Origin: a virus
Lineage: Duplodnaviria; Caudoviricetes
Length of the DNA stretch: 43,216 bases
Virus record (IMG/VR): IMGVR_UViG_3300010224_000022
Span: 1 to 43,216 of that record
Reading direction: 5' to 3' (one strand)
Part shown: piece after piece, positions 27,190 to 35,438 of the stretch
How the letters are laid out: every line of letters starts with the position of its first letter
Position numbering within the stretch: the stretch's first letter is position 1
The notes under the pieces: generated by a model
Seen by the model: only the letters and a program-made list of their open reading frames with translations
What the model was told of the DNA's origin: nothing
Databases searched by the model: none
Translations under genes and position numbers: made by a program

Positions 27190-27684
27190 TTACTTCTTTT
27201 CCGGCGGGACCGGGCACACCCAGCCGTCGCGGGTCATGACCGGTGCGGTCAGGGTCTTCGGGTCGACCTGGTCGGCACGCATGTTCTTGTAGTCGCCCTT
27301 GGTGAGCGGCGCAGCCGCGGGGGCAGCAGCAGCAGCCGGCGCGGCCGCGTCGCTAGCGCCGATCACGGTGCTGGCGGCATGGATCTGGCTGGCCAGCTCG
27401 GCGCGGGCACGGGCTTGCTCTTCCTGGCGAATCTGGGCGCGCAGCGCATCGATGTCGAACACGTCGCTGGCGCCGCCGGTGCTGGCGGCTGCGGTGGTGC
27501 TGGTGCTGGCCTCGCCGGTGGTTTCCGGTTTTTCGCCGGAATTTGAGGCGCCTGGCGCGTCGCCGGCGCCGGTGTCCAGCTGCTTCACGTCGGCTGCGGC
27601 GCTGCCCTGCTGATCGTTCGGCGCTGCGCCGGGTACCTGGATGTTGGTGGCGCGGGAGGAAGTCTTGCTGGTGTTGGTGCCCAT
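27190..27684 (-). CDS. Hypothetical protein, first gene of late operon
   Basis: Low-complexity 164 aa, IQVPG N-terminus, VMTRDGWVCP C-terminus; RBS ggag. Confidence 0.7.
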   Translation of the reverse strand: MGTNTSKTSSRATNIQVPGAAPNDQQGSAAADVKQLDTGAGDAPGASNSGEKPETTGEASTSTTAAASTGGASDVFDIDALRAQIRQEEQARARAELASQIHAASTVIGASDAAAPAAAAAPAAAPLTKGDYKNMRADQVDPKTLTAPVMTRDGWVCPVPPEKK

Positions 27685-27723
27685 GGGGTCTCCGATAGAC
27701 GTTGATCAAAGGTAACGTCACGG

Positions 27724-27758
27724 AGTATCGGCGCGGCGGCCGGTCGGAATCCCGACTA
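27724..27758 (-). promoter_or_regulatory. Putative late promoter box 3 (head of late operon)
   Basis: Identical 20-mer at 27739-27758; minus-strand hexamer GATACT 9 nt downstream. Confidence 0.7.
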
Positions 27759-27763
27759 AATCG

Positions 27764-28063
27764 TCAGGCCATGAAGGAAAACTGGCTGATCGTTGGCACG
27801 TCGGCAAGCTCCTTGCCGGTCGCCTGAGACCAGAACTGCAGCAGGCTCACGCCCTGGTGGTACGACGGCTGCGAGCCGTTCTTGTAGCCGATCAGCGTGC
27901 TCTTCGGGATCCCGGTGAAATGCGAGACCCCGTAGAGGCTGTACCCCTCGTCCTTGAGCTGGTTGAGCAGGCGGAACCAGTCCACCCGGACGTCGGTATC
28001 CCGCCGCCCAAACGCGCGCGCACGCGTGAGGCGACCGGGCGGCGGATTGCGGCGGTCTGTCAA
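27764..28063 (-). CDS. HTH protein, candidate late-gene activator (99 aa)
   Basis: TTG start with RBS ggagg; GYSLYGVSHFTGIPKSTLIGYKNGSQP HTH; last early gene before late operon. Confidence 0.7.
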   Translation of the reverse strand: MTDRRNPPPGRLTRARAFGRRDTDVRVDWFRLLNQLKDEGYSLYGVSHFTGIPKSTLIGYKNGSQPSYHQGVSLLQFWSQATGKELADVPTISQFSFMA

Positions 28064-28155
28064 GGCTGGGCCTCCTCCATGCCTGCGCGGATGCAGCGGC
28101 CGGCCAGGCAGCCGACAACAGGCGACAGGGCCAGCCAGATCGCGATCGCGGTCAT
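28060..28155 (-). CDS. Tiny hydrophobic peptide (31 aa)
   Basis: MTAIAIWLALSPVVGCLAGRCIRAGMEEAQP overlaps both neighbours by 4 nt. Confidence 0.5.
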   Translation of the reverse strand: MTAIAIWLALSPVVGCLAGRCIRAGMEEAQP

Positions 28156-28622
28156 GCAGCCTCCGGCAGCTGCTCGAGCGAGCGGGCCAGCGACAGGATC
28201 GCCAGCGCGTCGGCCTCGTTGTTGTCCTTCGGGCGGAAGCCTCGGGCGCGGGCGGTCTCGCACATGGCGGCCTTGTCCGCGTTGCCCTTGCCGGTCCAGT
28301 GCTTCTTCACGACGCCGACACCGACCGGGCGAAGCGGCACGTTGTTCGCAGCGCACCACATCTCCAGGCATGCGAGGAAGCCGCCGTAGACGTGCGCCGC
28401 CAGCGTGCCAGCGTGCTGCTTCACGTCCTCGTAGTAGACCGCGTGGATCTCGCCGGCCTGCAGGCGCTGCTCGTTGAGGAAGGCGCGGAACTTCAGCCAG
28501 CGCTGGCCGGCCGCTTCGATGCGGCGCGGTGCGAAGTTGTCGCTGCCGCTGGCGATCTTGCCGTCGCGCGCGCAGCGGGCCCAGCCGGTTTGCGTGCCGA
28601 TGTCGATGGCGAGGATGTTCAT
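28152..28622 (-). CDS. RuvC-like Holliday junction resolvase (156 aa)
   Basis: ILAIDIGTQTGWA, YYEDV, VKKHWTGKGNADK, DNNEADALA. Confidence 0.85.
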   Translation of the reverse strand: MNILAIDIGTQTGWARCARDGKIASGSDNFAPRRIEAAGQRWLKFRAFLNEQRLQAGEIHAVYYEDVKQHAGTLAAHVYGGFLACLEMWCAANNVPLRPVGVGVVKKHWTGKGNADKAAMCETARARGFRPKDNNEADALAILSLARSLEQLPEAA

Positions 28623-28656
28623 GGGTGGGTTCTCCTTGTCGTGGTGGTGCTGGTGG

Positions 28657-29118
28657 TCAGGCCCAGAGCGGCAGGTTGGCGCCGGCGGTTGCCCAGGTGT
28701 CAGCCGGCTGGGTGATGGTGGGCACCGGCCGCGCCACCAGTTCGGGCGCGACCAGGTCATCGAGGGCCTTCTCGAGGCGGTTCGTCCATCCGCGCACGGT
28801 CTCGACCTGGTTCCAGAACAGCTCGGGCCGGTCGTGCACGTTGAAGTCGTTCCAGATCCGCTCGATCAGCTTGGTGCGGTTGGGATTGCCGGGCACCATG
28901 CTGCGGACGTCGGTGATCGCTTCGGCCAGCCAGCGGTGGCGGTTGATGATCATCGTGACTTCCTGCAGCTGGCCTCCCTGGCGGTTGGCATGGAAGGAGC
29001 AGCACCAGTCGTTCGCTCCGCTGGTCGACCCGGTGAAGGTGCCCAGCAGCGGGCAGCCGTAGGCGGCGCACAGGTCGGGCGATCGCTGGGCGACGCGGTC
29101 TTCGTGGGTGTGGGTCAT
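28657..29118 (-). CDS. Hypothetical protein with N-terminal Cys/His cluster
   Basis: CAAYGCPL...WCCSFH; coupled to replication initiator. Confidence 0.7.
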   Translation of the reverse strand: MTHTHEDRVAQRSPDLCAAYGCPLLGTFTGSTSGANDWCCSFHANRQGGQLQEVTMIINRHRWLAEAITDVRSMVPGNPNRTKLIERIWNDFNVHDRPELFWNQVETVRGWTNRLEKALDDLVAPELVARPVPTITQPADTWATAGANLPLWA

Positions 29119-30176
29119 GCTGCACGTCCTTTCCGCTTCTCGATCTCGGCCTCGATGCGCTTGGCGAAGTCCTGGTGGTTTTCGGTGCCGCGAGCGAACA
29201 TGCCGAGCTCACGGCCTTTGGCCTCGATGCCGCCCGGGGTGCGCTTCCACTCCCAGCTGTCGCGCTCCTTCGGGGCTCTCGGTACCGGCGGGTTCAGCAG
29301 CTCGACCACGATCGGCTTCAGGTACGGGACCTGGAACGGCTCATCGCCGAGCGTTTCCTTTGCCCTGGCCACGGCGGCCAGCAGCAGCGTATCGGTCACG
29401 CGCTCGTCCTGGGCCCATGTCACGGCGACGTCGGGGTGGAAGGCGGTGACCTTCTTCACGCCGGCGCCGGTCAGCAGGGTGGCGATGCCAACGGCACGCA
29501 TTCCCGGGTCCACAGGCATGGTCCGTGGGCGCGGCGGGAGCCGGTCGTCGTCGTCCTCGCGATCGTTGTCCGATGCGCCGCCGCTCCCTGTTTTTGAAGT
29601 TAACTGTCCCTGTCCCTGTCCCTCTCCCTGTCCCTTGGATTGCTTTTCACCGGGGACAGAATCGGCTTGTCCCGGCGACACCTTCGGTTTGTCGCTAGGG
29701 ACAGGTAGCGGCTGTCCTACGTGACAACCTGCCTCCATCCATGCATCGAACTCAGGGAAAACGATCTTTGTCCCGTGGCGTTCGTTGTGCTTCTTGATGC
29801 GCGCGCACTCGGTTTTCAGCCGCTGTCGTAGCTTCGCCAGCCAGGCCTCGTTGGCCTTCTCAGCGACGACAGCGTGATACAGGCGGCCGTCGGTGCACTT
29901 CACCCAGCCGCGCAGCGCGCCTTCGCGCACCTTCTGCCATTCCTTGACCACGCGGCCATAGCCTGCGTATTGGGCCAGGACCTTGTCATCGTCGGGAAGG
30001 GATGCCGCCGGCACCTGGTGCCAGGATGCGCACCACAGCAGCACGGCACAGCGGAACTCGTCGGCGTCGGCGGTCACGGCCAGGTCGCTGTCGCGCAGGC
30101 GCACGACGTCGAGCGGCATGAACGCGAAGTCGCGCAGATCGCAGTCGATCGGAGTGAGAGGAGCCGGCGCACTCAT
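29115..30176 (-). CDS. Replication initiator-like protein (DUF1376/YdaU-type)
   Basis: DLRDFAFMPLDV.RL.DS...W..SWHQVPAASLPDDD..LA...GRLYH; GQGEGQGQGQ linker. Confidence 0.8.
   Translation of the reverse strand: MSAPAPLTPIDCDLRDFAFMPLDVVRLRDSDLAVTADADEFRCAVLLWCASWHQVPAASLPDDDKVLAQYAGYGRVVKEWQKVREGALRGWVKCTDGRLYHAVVAEKANEAWLAKLRQRLKTECARIKKHNERHGTKIVFPEFDAWMEAGCHVGQPLPVPSDKPKVSPGQADSVPGEKQSKGQGEGQGQGQLTSKTGSGGASDNDREDDDDRLPPRPRTMPVDPGMRAVGIATLLTGAGVKKVTAFHPDVAVTWAQDERVTDTLLLAAVARAKETLGDEPFQVPYLKPIVVELLNPPVPRAPKERDSWEWKRTPGGIEAKGRELGMFARGTENHQDFAKRIEAEIEKRKGRAA
29605..29775. repeat. TGTCCC/GGGACA hexamer cluster in the initiator gene, candidate origin iterons
   Basis: Tandem tgtccc-tgtccc-tgtccc-tctccc-tgtccc from 29605, plus direct and inverted copies near 29653, 29668, 29698, 29769. 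Confidence 0.5.
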
Positions 30177-30300
30177 GGCCGTGCTCCTTGAATCCAGCTC
30201 AATCTCTGGCCCTGGGCCGTGTCAACGTCAACGGCGCCGGCCGGGGCAGAATCAATGCTGGGGGAGGTTGTACCCGGCGCGCGGGTGACAGAAAAATTCA

Positions 30301-30513
30301 TCATGGCGGGCATGCCTCCGCCAACTGCTGCACCTGGTTGCCGGCTTTGCGGGAACGCTCGATGCGGCGGGTATGCCAGTCGAACTGCCAGTCACGGATG
30401 GCCGGCGCGCCTGGGTTCATGTGATGGTCGTCAACGCCGCGGCCTTCATCGAAAGCCTGGGCGCCACGATCGCGCTGCATGTCGGGGGTGACGAGGCGAA
30501 TGGAGAGATCCAC
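30301..30513 (-). CDS. Hypothetical protein (70 aa)
   Basis: GTG start with RBS ggagg; MDLSIRLVTPDMQRDRGAQAF. Confidence 0.6.
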   Translation of the reverse strand: MDLSIRLVTPDMQRDRGAQAFDEGRGVDDHHMNPGAPAIRDWQFDWHTRRIERSRKAGNQVQQLAEACPP

Positions 30514-30514
30514 G

Positions 30515-30706
30515 CTAACCCTCCGCCTGTTCGGTGCCGCGGTACTTTTCGACGGCGTCCGCCAGCTCTTCACCGCTTTTCTCGTACCGGCCAGCAGCAC
30601 GCGCCTTCTCGTCGGGCGGCGCGACCTGCACCGCCTTGCGCTTGTCGGCCCAGCTGCAGGCCTTCGCGATGACCTTGGTCGCCGCGTAGTTATCTGTTTT
30701 TTTCAT
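30515..30706 (-). CDS. Hypothetical protein (63 aa)
   Basis: RBS gagga; in cro operon. Confidence 0.6.
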   Translation of the reverse strand: MKKTDNYAATKVIAKACSWADKRKAVQVAPPDEKARAAGRYEKSGEELADAVEKYRGTEQAEG

Positions 30707-30777
30707 ACTTCACTTCCTCTCTTGGCCCGGCGAACCTGGGCTATTTCTCTACCGGCTCATGCCGCAGCCGAAATCCT

Positions 30778-31029
30778 TTAAAGGTGCCTCCGGCCGTTGT
30801 TCACGCCGCGGCTACGGCCAGCGAGCCGACCAGGACCCGGACATCCTCGGGATTCCCGGACGGGCGCCGGCCCCATACCATGCGTATGCGCCGCAACGTT
30901 GCTCAGGGCGCGCAGGAACGGGCTGCGCCCGAGGCCGAAAAGTTTGCGCAGGCCGTCGAGGCTGGCCAGCTCTTCCGGATTCATCTTCACTTCGACCGTT
31001 TCGATGCGGGTCGTAGGGTTGAGGCTCAT
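30778..31029 (-). CDS. Small regulator, RHH/CopG-like, in the cII position
   Basis: VEVKMNPEELASLDGLRKLFGLGRSPFLRAL; RBS aaggag. Confidence 0.6.
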   Translation of the reverse strand: MSLNPTTRIETVEVKMNPEELASLDGLRKLFGLGRSPFLRALSNVAAHTHGMGPAPVRESRGCPGPGRLAGRSRGVNNGRRHL

Positions 31030-31120
31030 GGTGTTTCTCCTTGGTGATGCGGGTTACGAGGACGGCCAGCTGGCCGGGGTGCTGCTGTGCAAGTGCCTAC
31101 GTGCAACTTTTTAGGCAACA

Positions 31121-31146
31121 AAAAAAGCTGCCGGTTTAGGGCAGCT
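31121..31146 (-). terminator. tR1-like terminator after cro
   Basis: Minus strand agctgcc-ctaaacc-ggcagct followed by a T-run. Confidence 0.7.
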
Positions 31147-31387
31147 GGGATGCCACATGCGTTGGAGCGCTGCGGCGAGAATGCGATTCACCGTACATGT
31201 CGGCACAGTCTTGAGGCGTCACGCGGCCTGCGGTACTGCGCTCGATCTGTAGGGCGTAGTCCAACGTGATACGTGTGATACCGCGGATCCACTGGCTCAC
31301 CAGACCTTGAGAGGCGGGCGGGTGCAGCTGGTCGCCAAACTCCTTTTGGCTCTGGCTGGCTTCCTTCAGATATTCGTCGAGGTGCAT
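31136..31387 (-). CDS. cro: Cro/YdaS-like repressor
   Basis: SQKEFG...SQGLVSQWIRG...ALQIERSTAGRVT; divergent from cI. Confidence 0.85.
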   Translation of the reverse strand: MHLDEYLKEASQSQKEFGDQLHPPASQGLVSQWIRGITRITLDYALQIERSTAGRVTPQDCADMYGESHSRRSAPTHVASQLP

Positions 31388-31404
31388 GAGGGGTTCCTAA
31401 ATTT

Positions 31405-31497
31405 AAGAGCAATGCTACTTTCTTCCGAATTCTACAGTATGAGCAATGCTTTTCAAGATCTTTCGACTAAAAAAAGTAGTACTAATAAAATGTCAGA
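31405..31497. promoter_or_regulatory. OR-like immunity region with divergent promoters and operator repeats
   Basis: AGCAATGCT at 31408 and 31442, variant AGTAGTACT at 31475; PR-like TTGAAA/TAGAAT (minus); PRM-like TTCGAC/TAAAAT (plus). Confidence 0.7.
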
Positions 31498-32271
31498 ATG
31501 AAACGACGAGAACTTACAGCTGAGGAACGCGGAGAGGCCGAGCGCCTGAAAGCAGCTTGGGAGGGCTATCGGAAGAGTCACGACGGGGCAACACAAACCT
31601 GGTTGGCTGCTGAGACTGGCTTAGGAACGCAAGGCGCCGTCAGCCAGTACATGCGTGGCGTGATCCCGCTCAACCTCCAGGCGCTGCTGGCGATCTGCCG
31701 GGTGATCGAGGCCGACCCACGAATGATCAGTCCGCGGCTGATGGAAGTCGTTCAACCAGCTGCTGAAAAGGTCGAGCCACCGACGGACCCGTTGGGCGCA
31801 CTTAAGCCGGGCAGCTTCATGCGCGTCGACGTCGCCGGCCAGGATGACCCGCGATTGACGATTATTCCCAAAGTGCGCTTACGCCTCACGGCTGGCCTAA
31901 GCGGGTTCGAAGTCGAGCCGGAGCCGTACGACGGCGGGTCGACCACAGTCCCGACAGATTGGATTGAGCGGCACGGCTACTACCGGGACAAGCTGATCGC
32001 GGTCACGGTTCGCGGCGAGAGCATGGAGCCGACCTTCTACGAAGGCGACCTAGTCGTGATCAACACTGCAGACACGCAACCAGTGGCCGGCGCCGTGTAC
32101 GCGGTGAACTATGAAGGAGAGCCAAGCATCAAGCGCCTAGCGCGCGATGCTGGCCGGTGGTGGTTGGTGTCTGACAACGTCGACCAGCGCAGGTATTACC
32201 GTCAGTCGTTCCAGAGCGATACATCGCAGATCATCGGTAGGGTAGTGCGAAAGGAAACAGAAAGGTTTTGA
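31498..32271 (+). CDS. cI: CI-like repressor with S24 autopeptidase domain
   Basis: HTH TQTWLAAETGLGTQGAVSQYMRG; AG cleavage site (LTAG); VRGESMEP and IKRL catalytic Ser/Lys. Confidence 0.93.
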   Translation: MKRRELTAEERGEAERLKAAWEGYRKSHDGATQTWLAAETGLGTQGAVSQYMRGVIPLNLQALLAICRVIEADPRMISPRLMEVVQPAAEKVEPPTDPLGALKPGSFMRVDVAGQDDPRLTIIPKVRLRLTAGLSGFEVEPEPYDGGSTTVPTDWIERHGYYRDKLIAVTVRGESMEPTFYEGDLVVINTADTQPVAGAVYAVNYEGEPSIKRLARDAGRWWLVSDNVDQRRYYRQSFQSDTSQIIGRVVRKETERF

Positions 32272-32546
32272 TGTTGCATTCGATTCAGCGCCTGCGTGGT
32301 GTGCGTATGGCGGTTGTGCTGGTAGAGCGCCGGCAGTTGGGGTGGGATATGGCGTCGTCGTTGATCGCCGACCTGCAGTCTAAATTTCAGCTGCCAGTGA
32401 TGCTGGTAGCGCGCGATAACACAGCATGGAATAACGCGAAATCGGCGGCCGAATTTGATTCTGTACCGTATTTGTTAGAACTATTAGCTCTTGGCGAAAT
32501 CGAGTGGGCTGAGGCGGTATTTAAAGAGCCGGAACTGCCATTTTAA
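32268..32546 (+). CDS. Hypothetical protein co-transcribed with cI (92 aa)
   Basis: Overlaps cI stop; lower GC than flanks. Confidence 0.65.
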   Translation: MMLHSIQRLRGVRMAVVLVERRQLGWDMASSLIADLQSKFQLPVMLVARDNTAWNNAKSAAEFDSVPYLLELLALGEIEWAEAVFKEPELPF

Positions 32547-32567
32547 TTATTTTATAGTGAGGTCGGT

Positions 32568-33263
32568 GTGAAGCAATTGCTTTCTGTTGTTTTTGCTTTT
32601 GGTCTGGCAGGATGCGCAAGTATGGCACCTGTCCAAAACATAGAAATATCAGTTAATGCTTTAGCCGCGCCTGACGCGGCCGGGGCGGATCATTCAAGCT
32701 ATATTCTGGCGTCAGCGCAGGCAGATATAACCGACGGAGATCTGCAATTTCAAGAGTTTTCACGCTATGTTGAGCGTGCATTTTCTGCAAAGGGAATGAA
32801 GAGAACCACCGATCCTGACAAGGCTGATGTTGTCGTGCTCCTATCTTATGGCATCGGCGATCCTAAAACCTTTCAAAGCAGCGTCGCTATACCTGTGTGG
32901 GGGCCAACAGGAATTTCTTCATTGAATACTACTGGCCGTGTAATCGGTAATAGCTTTAGCTCAACGACCACGGTAACGCCTTCATATGGAATTGCCGGAT
33001 ACTCAAATATCGAAACGTCGAATACTTATTACACTAGGAATGCGCGTCTAGTCGCCTTTAAGAAAGACGAGCTAAAAAAGGGCGGTTCGAATCAGTTATG
33101 GAAAGTTTCTATAGTTAGTACGGGTTCAAGCGGTGACCTTCGATTCATCTTTCCGTTTCTCATGACTGCAGCATCTCCTTACATCGGCAAGAATCCTGGG
33201 CGCATGGTCACGGTACAACTCCCGGTGAACGACCCCAGCGTTGCCGCCTTAGCCGCGCACTAA
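32568..33263 (+). CDS. Lipoprotein, DUF4136-like
   Basis: Signal MKQLLSVVFAFG + lipobox LAGC; ADVVVLLSYG; AT-richer; RBS gagg. Confidence 0.75.
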   Translation: MKQLLSVVFAFGLAGCASMAPVQNIEISVNALAAPDAAGADHSSYILASAQADITDGDLQFQEFSRYVERAFSAKGMKRTTDPDKADVVVLLSYGIGDPKTFQSSVAIPVWGPTGISSLNTTGRVIGNSFSSTTTVTPSYGIAGYSNIETSNTYYTRNARLVAFKKDELKKGGSNQLWKVSIVSTGSSGDLRFIFPFLMTAASPYIGKNPGRMVTVQLPVNDPSVAALAAH

Positions 33264-33281
33264 GCACCGTCACTCCCTTCC

Positions 33282-33306
33282 AGCCCGCCGCGAGCGGGCT
33301 TTTTTA
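33282..33306 (+). terminator. Terminator ending the cI operon
   Basis: agcccgc-cgcga-gcgggct followed by a T-run. Confidence 0.8.
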
Positions 33307-33344
33307 CGTCTTGGGTCAGACAGGAAACTTCTCTCGCGCAAAAA

Positions 33345-33390
33345 TATAAGCAATGCTCTTGACACGATAAAAAGCACAGCTAATAATGTG
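33345..33390 (+). promoter_or_regulatory. PL/OL-like early promoter with operator
   Basis: TTGACA 33359-33364, 17-bp spacer, AATAAT 33382-33387; operator AGCAATGCT 33349-33357 and variant AGCACAGCT 33373-33381. Confidence 0.8.
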
Positions 33391-33443
33391 ATCTATCGCA
33401 ACCGAGCTCAGCGCCCGCCGAGCCGCCGAACTGGAGACCCCCG

Positions 33444-33812
33444 ATGGACCGCTACCACCCGACCGAAGAAGACCGCGACGCGCTGATCGCGGACCTGGCT
33501 GGAAAGAACCTGGCCACCCGCCGCGCAATGCTCCTTGCGAAAGACGCGACCGTGCTGCGCGAAGTCTCCGATTCGGTTCTCGATTACCTGGCGCATGCCG
33601 CCGACCTGGGCAACCTGGTGCTGGCCGCAATGACGCCGGCCGCCGAGCGCGCTGTGCTGGGGAAGACCTTCGCCGACGTCGTGCACGCCGTGATGTTCGG
33701 CGAGGCCGAGGCCGAAGCGATCCTTGAGGTGGAAGCGATGGAGTGCCGCCGCGCCGAGTCCCGCGACGACAACCGCATTGCGCGCGCCGAAGCTGATCGG
33801 GTCGCGGCATGA
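33444..33812 (+). CDS. Hypothetical early protein (122 aa)
   Basis: First ORF after PL; RBS ggag. Confidence 0.7.
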   Translation: MDRYHPTEEDRDALIADLAGKNLATRRAMLLAKDATVLREVSDSVLDYLAHAADLGNLVLAAMTPAAERAVLGKTFADVVHAVMFGEAEAEAILEVEAMECRRAESRDDNRIARAEADRVAA

Positions 33813-34012
33813 AGTGCATCCACTGCAACGACACCGGCAGCCTGTCCAAGGACCTGGGCGGCTACCTGGACTGTGGTCACTGCGACGTGGCGGAAGAGCG
33901 CGCCAAGCTCGAGGCCTGGGCGGTCGAGATGATGACCCAGCACGGCGCCACCGCCGCCATGTGGCTGGTGTTCCAGCACGGTAAAGCTGCTGTCACCGGG
34001 AGCGCCGCATGA
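33809..34012 (+). CDS. Small zinc-ribbon protein
   Basis: CxxC..TG...CxxC; ATGA overlap. Confidence 0.7.
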   Translation: MKCIHCNDTGSLSKDLGGYLDCGHCDVAEERAKLEAWAVEMMTQHGATAAMWLVFQHGKAAVTGSAA

Positions 34013-34218
34013 TCGCCGCCGTCCGCATCGCGCGCCGCTTGGTGCGCAAGATCATCAAGCCGTTCTCGCTGTGGCTGATCGAATTGCAGATCGCTGAAGC
34101 CGAGGCGCACGCCGACCACTACAGCCAGTTGCGCACCGACCTGATCGGCATGGAAAAAAACATGCGTGTGCACGCCGTGCAGCTGGTCGGGCGTCGCAAT
34201 CAGATTCGCACCTGGTAA
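34009..34218 (+). CDS. Hypothetical protein (69 aa)
   Basis: ATGA overlap in operon. Confidence 0.65.
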   Translation: MIAAVRIARRLVRKIIKPFSLWLIELQIAEAEAHADHYSQLRTDLIGMEKNMRVHAVQLVGRRNQIRTW

Positions 34219-34244
34219 CCCATCACCAACACCGAGGAAACGCC

Positions 34245-34349
34245 ATGTTCCGCCACATCCTGAACCAGTACCGCCTCTCGCTGCGCGCCGGCTTCCAGCC
34301 GCGCAAGGCAATCACCCGCGCCGTGCGGACCTACGTCTACGGCTTCTAA
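34245..34349 (+). CDS. Tiny basic protein (34 aa) below the ORF-track cutoff
   Basis: RBS gagga; MFRHILNQYRLSLRAGFQPRKAITRAVRTYVYGF. Confidence 0.55.
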   Translation: MFRHILNQYRLSLRAGFQPRKAITRAVRTYVYGF

Positions 34350-34370
34350 CCATAAGAGGAACTAGCACCC

Positions 34371-35384
34371 ATGAGCAGCAATACCCAAGTAGCCGTCAGC
34401 CCAGCCAAGAGCCTGAGCACGTTCCTGGACAAGTACAAAGGCCAGATCGCCAACGCGCTCCCGAAGCACATCAGCCCCGACCGCATGGTGCGCCTGACCA
34501 TGACCGCTTTCAGCCAGAACCCGGCGCTGCAGCGCTGCGACCTGCACAGCATCTTCGGCTCGGTCGTCGTGGCTGCACAGCTGGGCTTGGAGATCGGCGT
34601 GGGCGGTCAGGGCTATCTGGTCCCCTACGGTAACAAGGCAACCTTCGTCCCGGGCTGGCAGGGTCTGGTCGACCTGGTGTCACGCGCCGGCCGCGCCACC
34701 GTCTGGACCGGCGCCGTCTACCAGAGCGACGACTTCGACTGGGCCCTGGGCGACCGCCCCTTCATCAAGCACCGCCCGGGCAGCGGTGGCGACACCTGGG
34801 AGGACATCACCCACGTCTACGCCGTCGGCCGCGTGAACGGCAGCGAATACCCGGTCATCGAGGTCTGGACCATGGACCGCGTGGTGAAGCACCTGAACAA
34901 GTTCAACAAGGTCGGCGGCCGCCACTACGCGCTGGAGAAGAACGGCCAGAACATGGAGATGTACGCCCGCAAAGTGGTGCTGCTCCAGGTACTCAAGTAC
35001 ATGCCCAAGTCCATCGAGGTGCAGCGCGCCGTCGATGTCGCGACCGCCGTGGACGCCGGCAAGCACTTCACGATCGACAGCGACATGGTTGTGATCGACA
35101 ACGGCGACGACGACCAGGGCGGCGCCGTCGACCAAGACACCGGCGAGGTGCGCGGCCGCGCAGCGGCTACCACCGCCACCAGCTCGAATGGTGCGGCATC
35201 CGAGCGCGGCGACCTGCCGACGTGCACGCCCGAGAACTTCGACAAGAACAAGGCCGGCTGGCGTCAGCAGATCGTCTCGAAGAAGAAGACCGTTCCCGAG
35301 CTGGTCGCAATGATCGAGACCCGTCAACTGCTCACCGAAGACCAGAAGCTGACCATCGACGCCTGGGCCCACGAAAACGATTAA
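34371..35384 (+). CDS. recT: RecT-family single-strand annealing protein
   Basis: IANALPKHISPDRMVR...AAQLGLE...YLVPY...GWQGLVDLVSR...M.ARKVVL..LKYMPKSIE. Confidence 0.9.
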   Translation: MSSNTQVAVSPAKSLSTFLDKYKGQIANALPKHISPDRMVRLTMTAFSQNPALQRCDLHSIFGSVVVAAQLGLEIGVGGQGYLVPYGNKATFVPGWQGLVDLVSRAGRATVWTGAVYQSDDFDWALGDRPFIKHRPGSGGDTWEDITHVYAVGRVNGSEYPVIEVWTMDRVVKHLNKFNKVGGRHYALEKNGQNMEMYARKVVLLQVLKYMPKSIEVQRAVDVATAVDAGKHFTIDSDMVVIDNGDDDQGGAVDQDTGEVRGRAAATTATSSNGAASERGDLPTCTPENFDKNKAGWRQQIVSKKKTVPELVAMIETRQLLTEDQKLTIDAWAHEND

Positions 35385-35438
35385 ACCGCCGCGTTCCCGC
35401 GCAAGCGGGAACCACCCTCACCTCACCAAGGAAACGAC

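Noticed and set aside
9931-27758. CRISPR or REP interpretation of the 20-bp repeats
   Set aside because: Only three dispersed copies kilobases apart, no spacers, no cas genes; positions match transcription-unit starts
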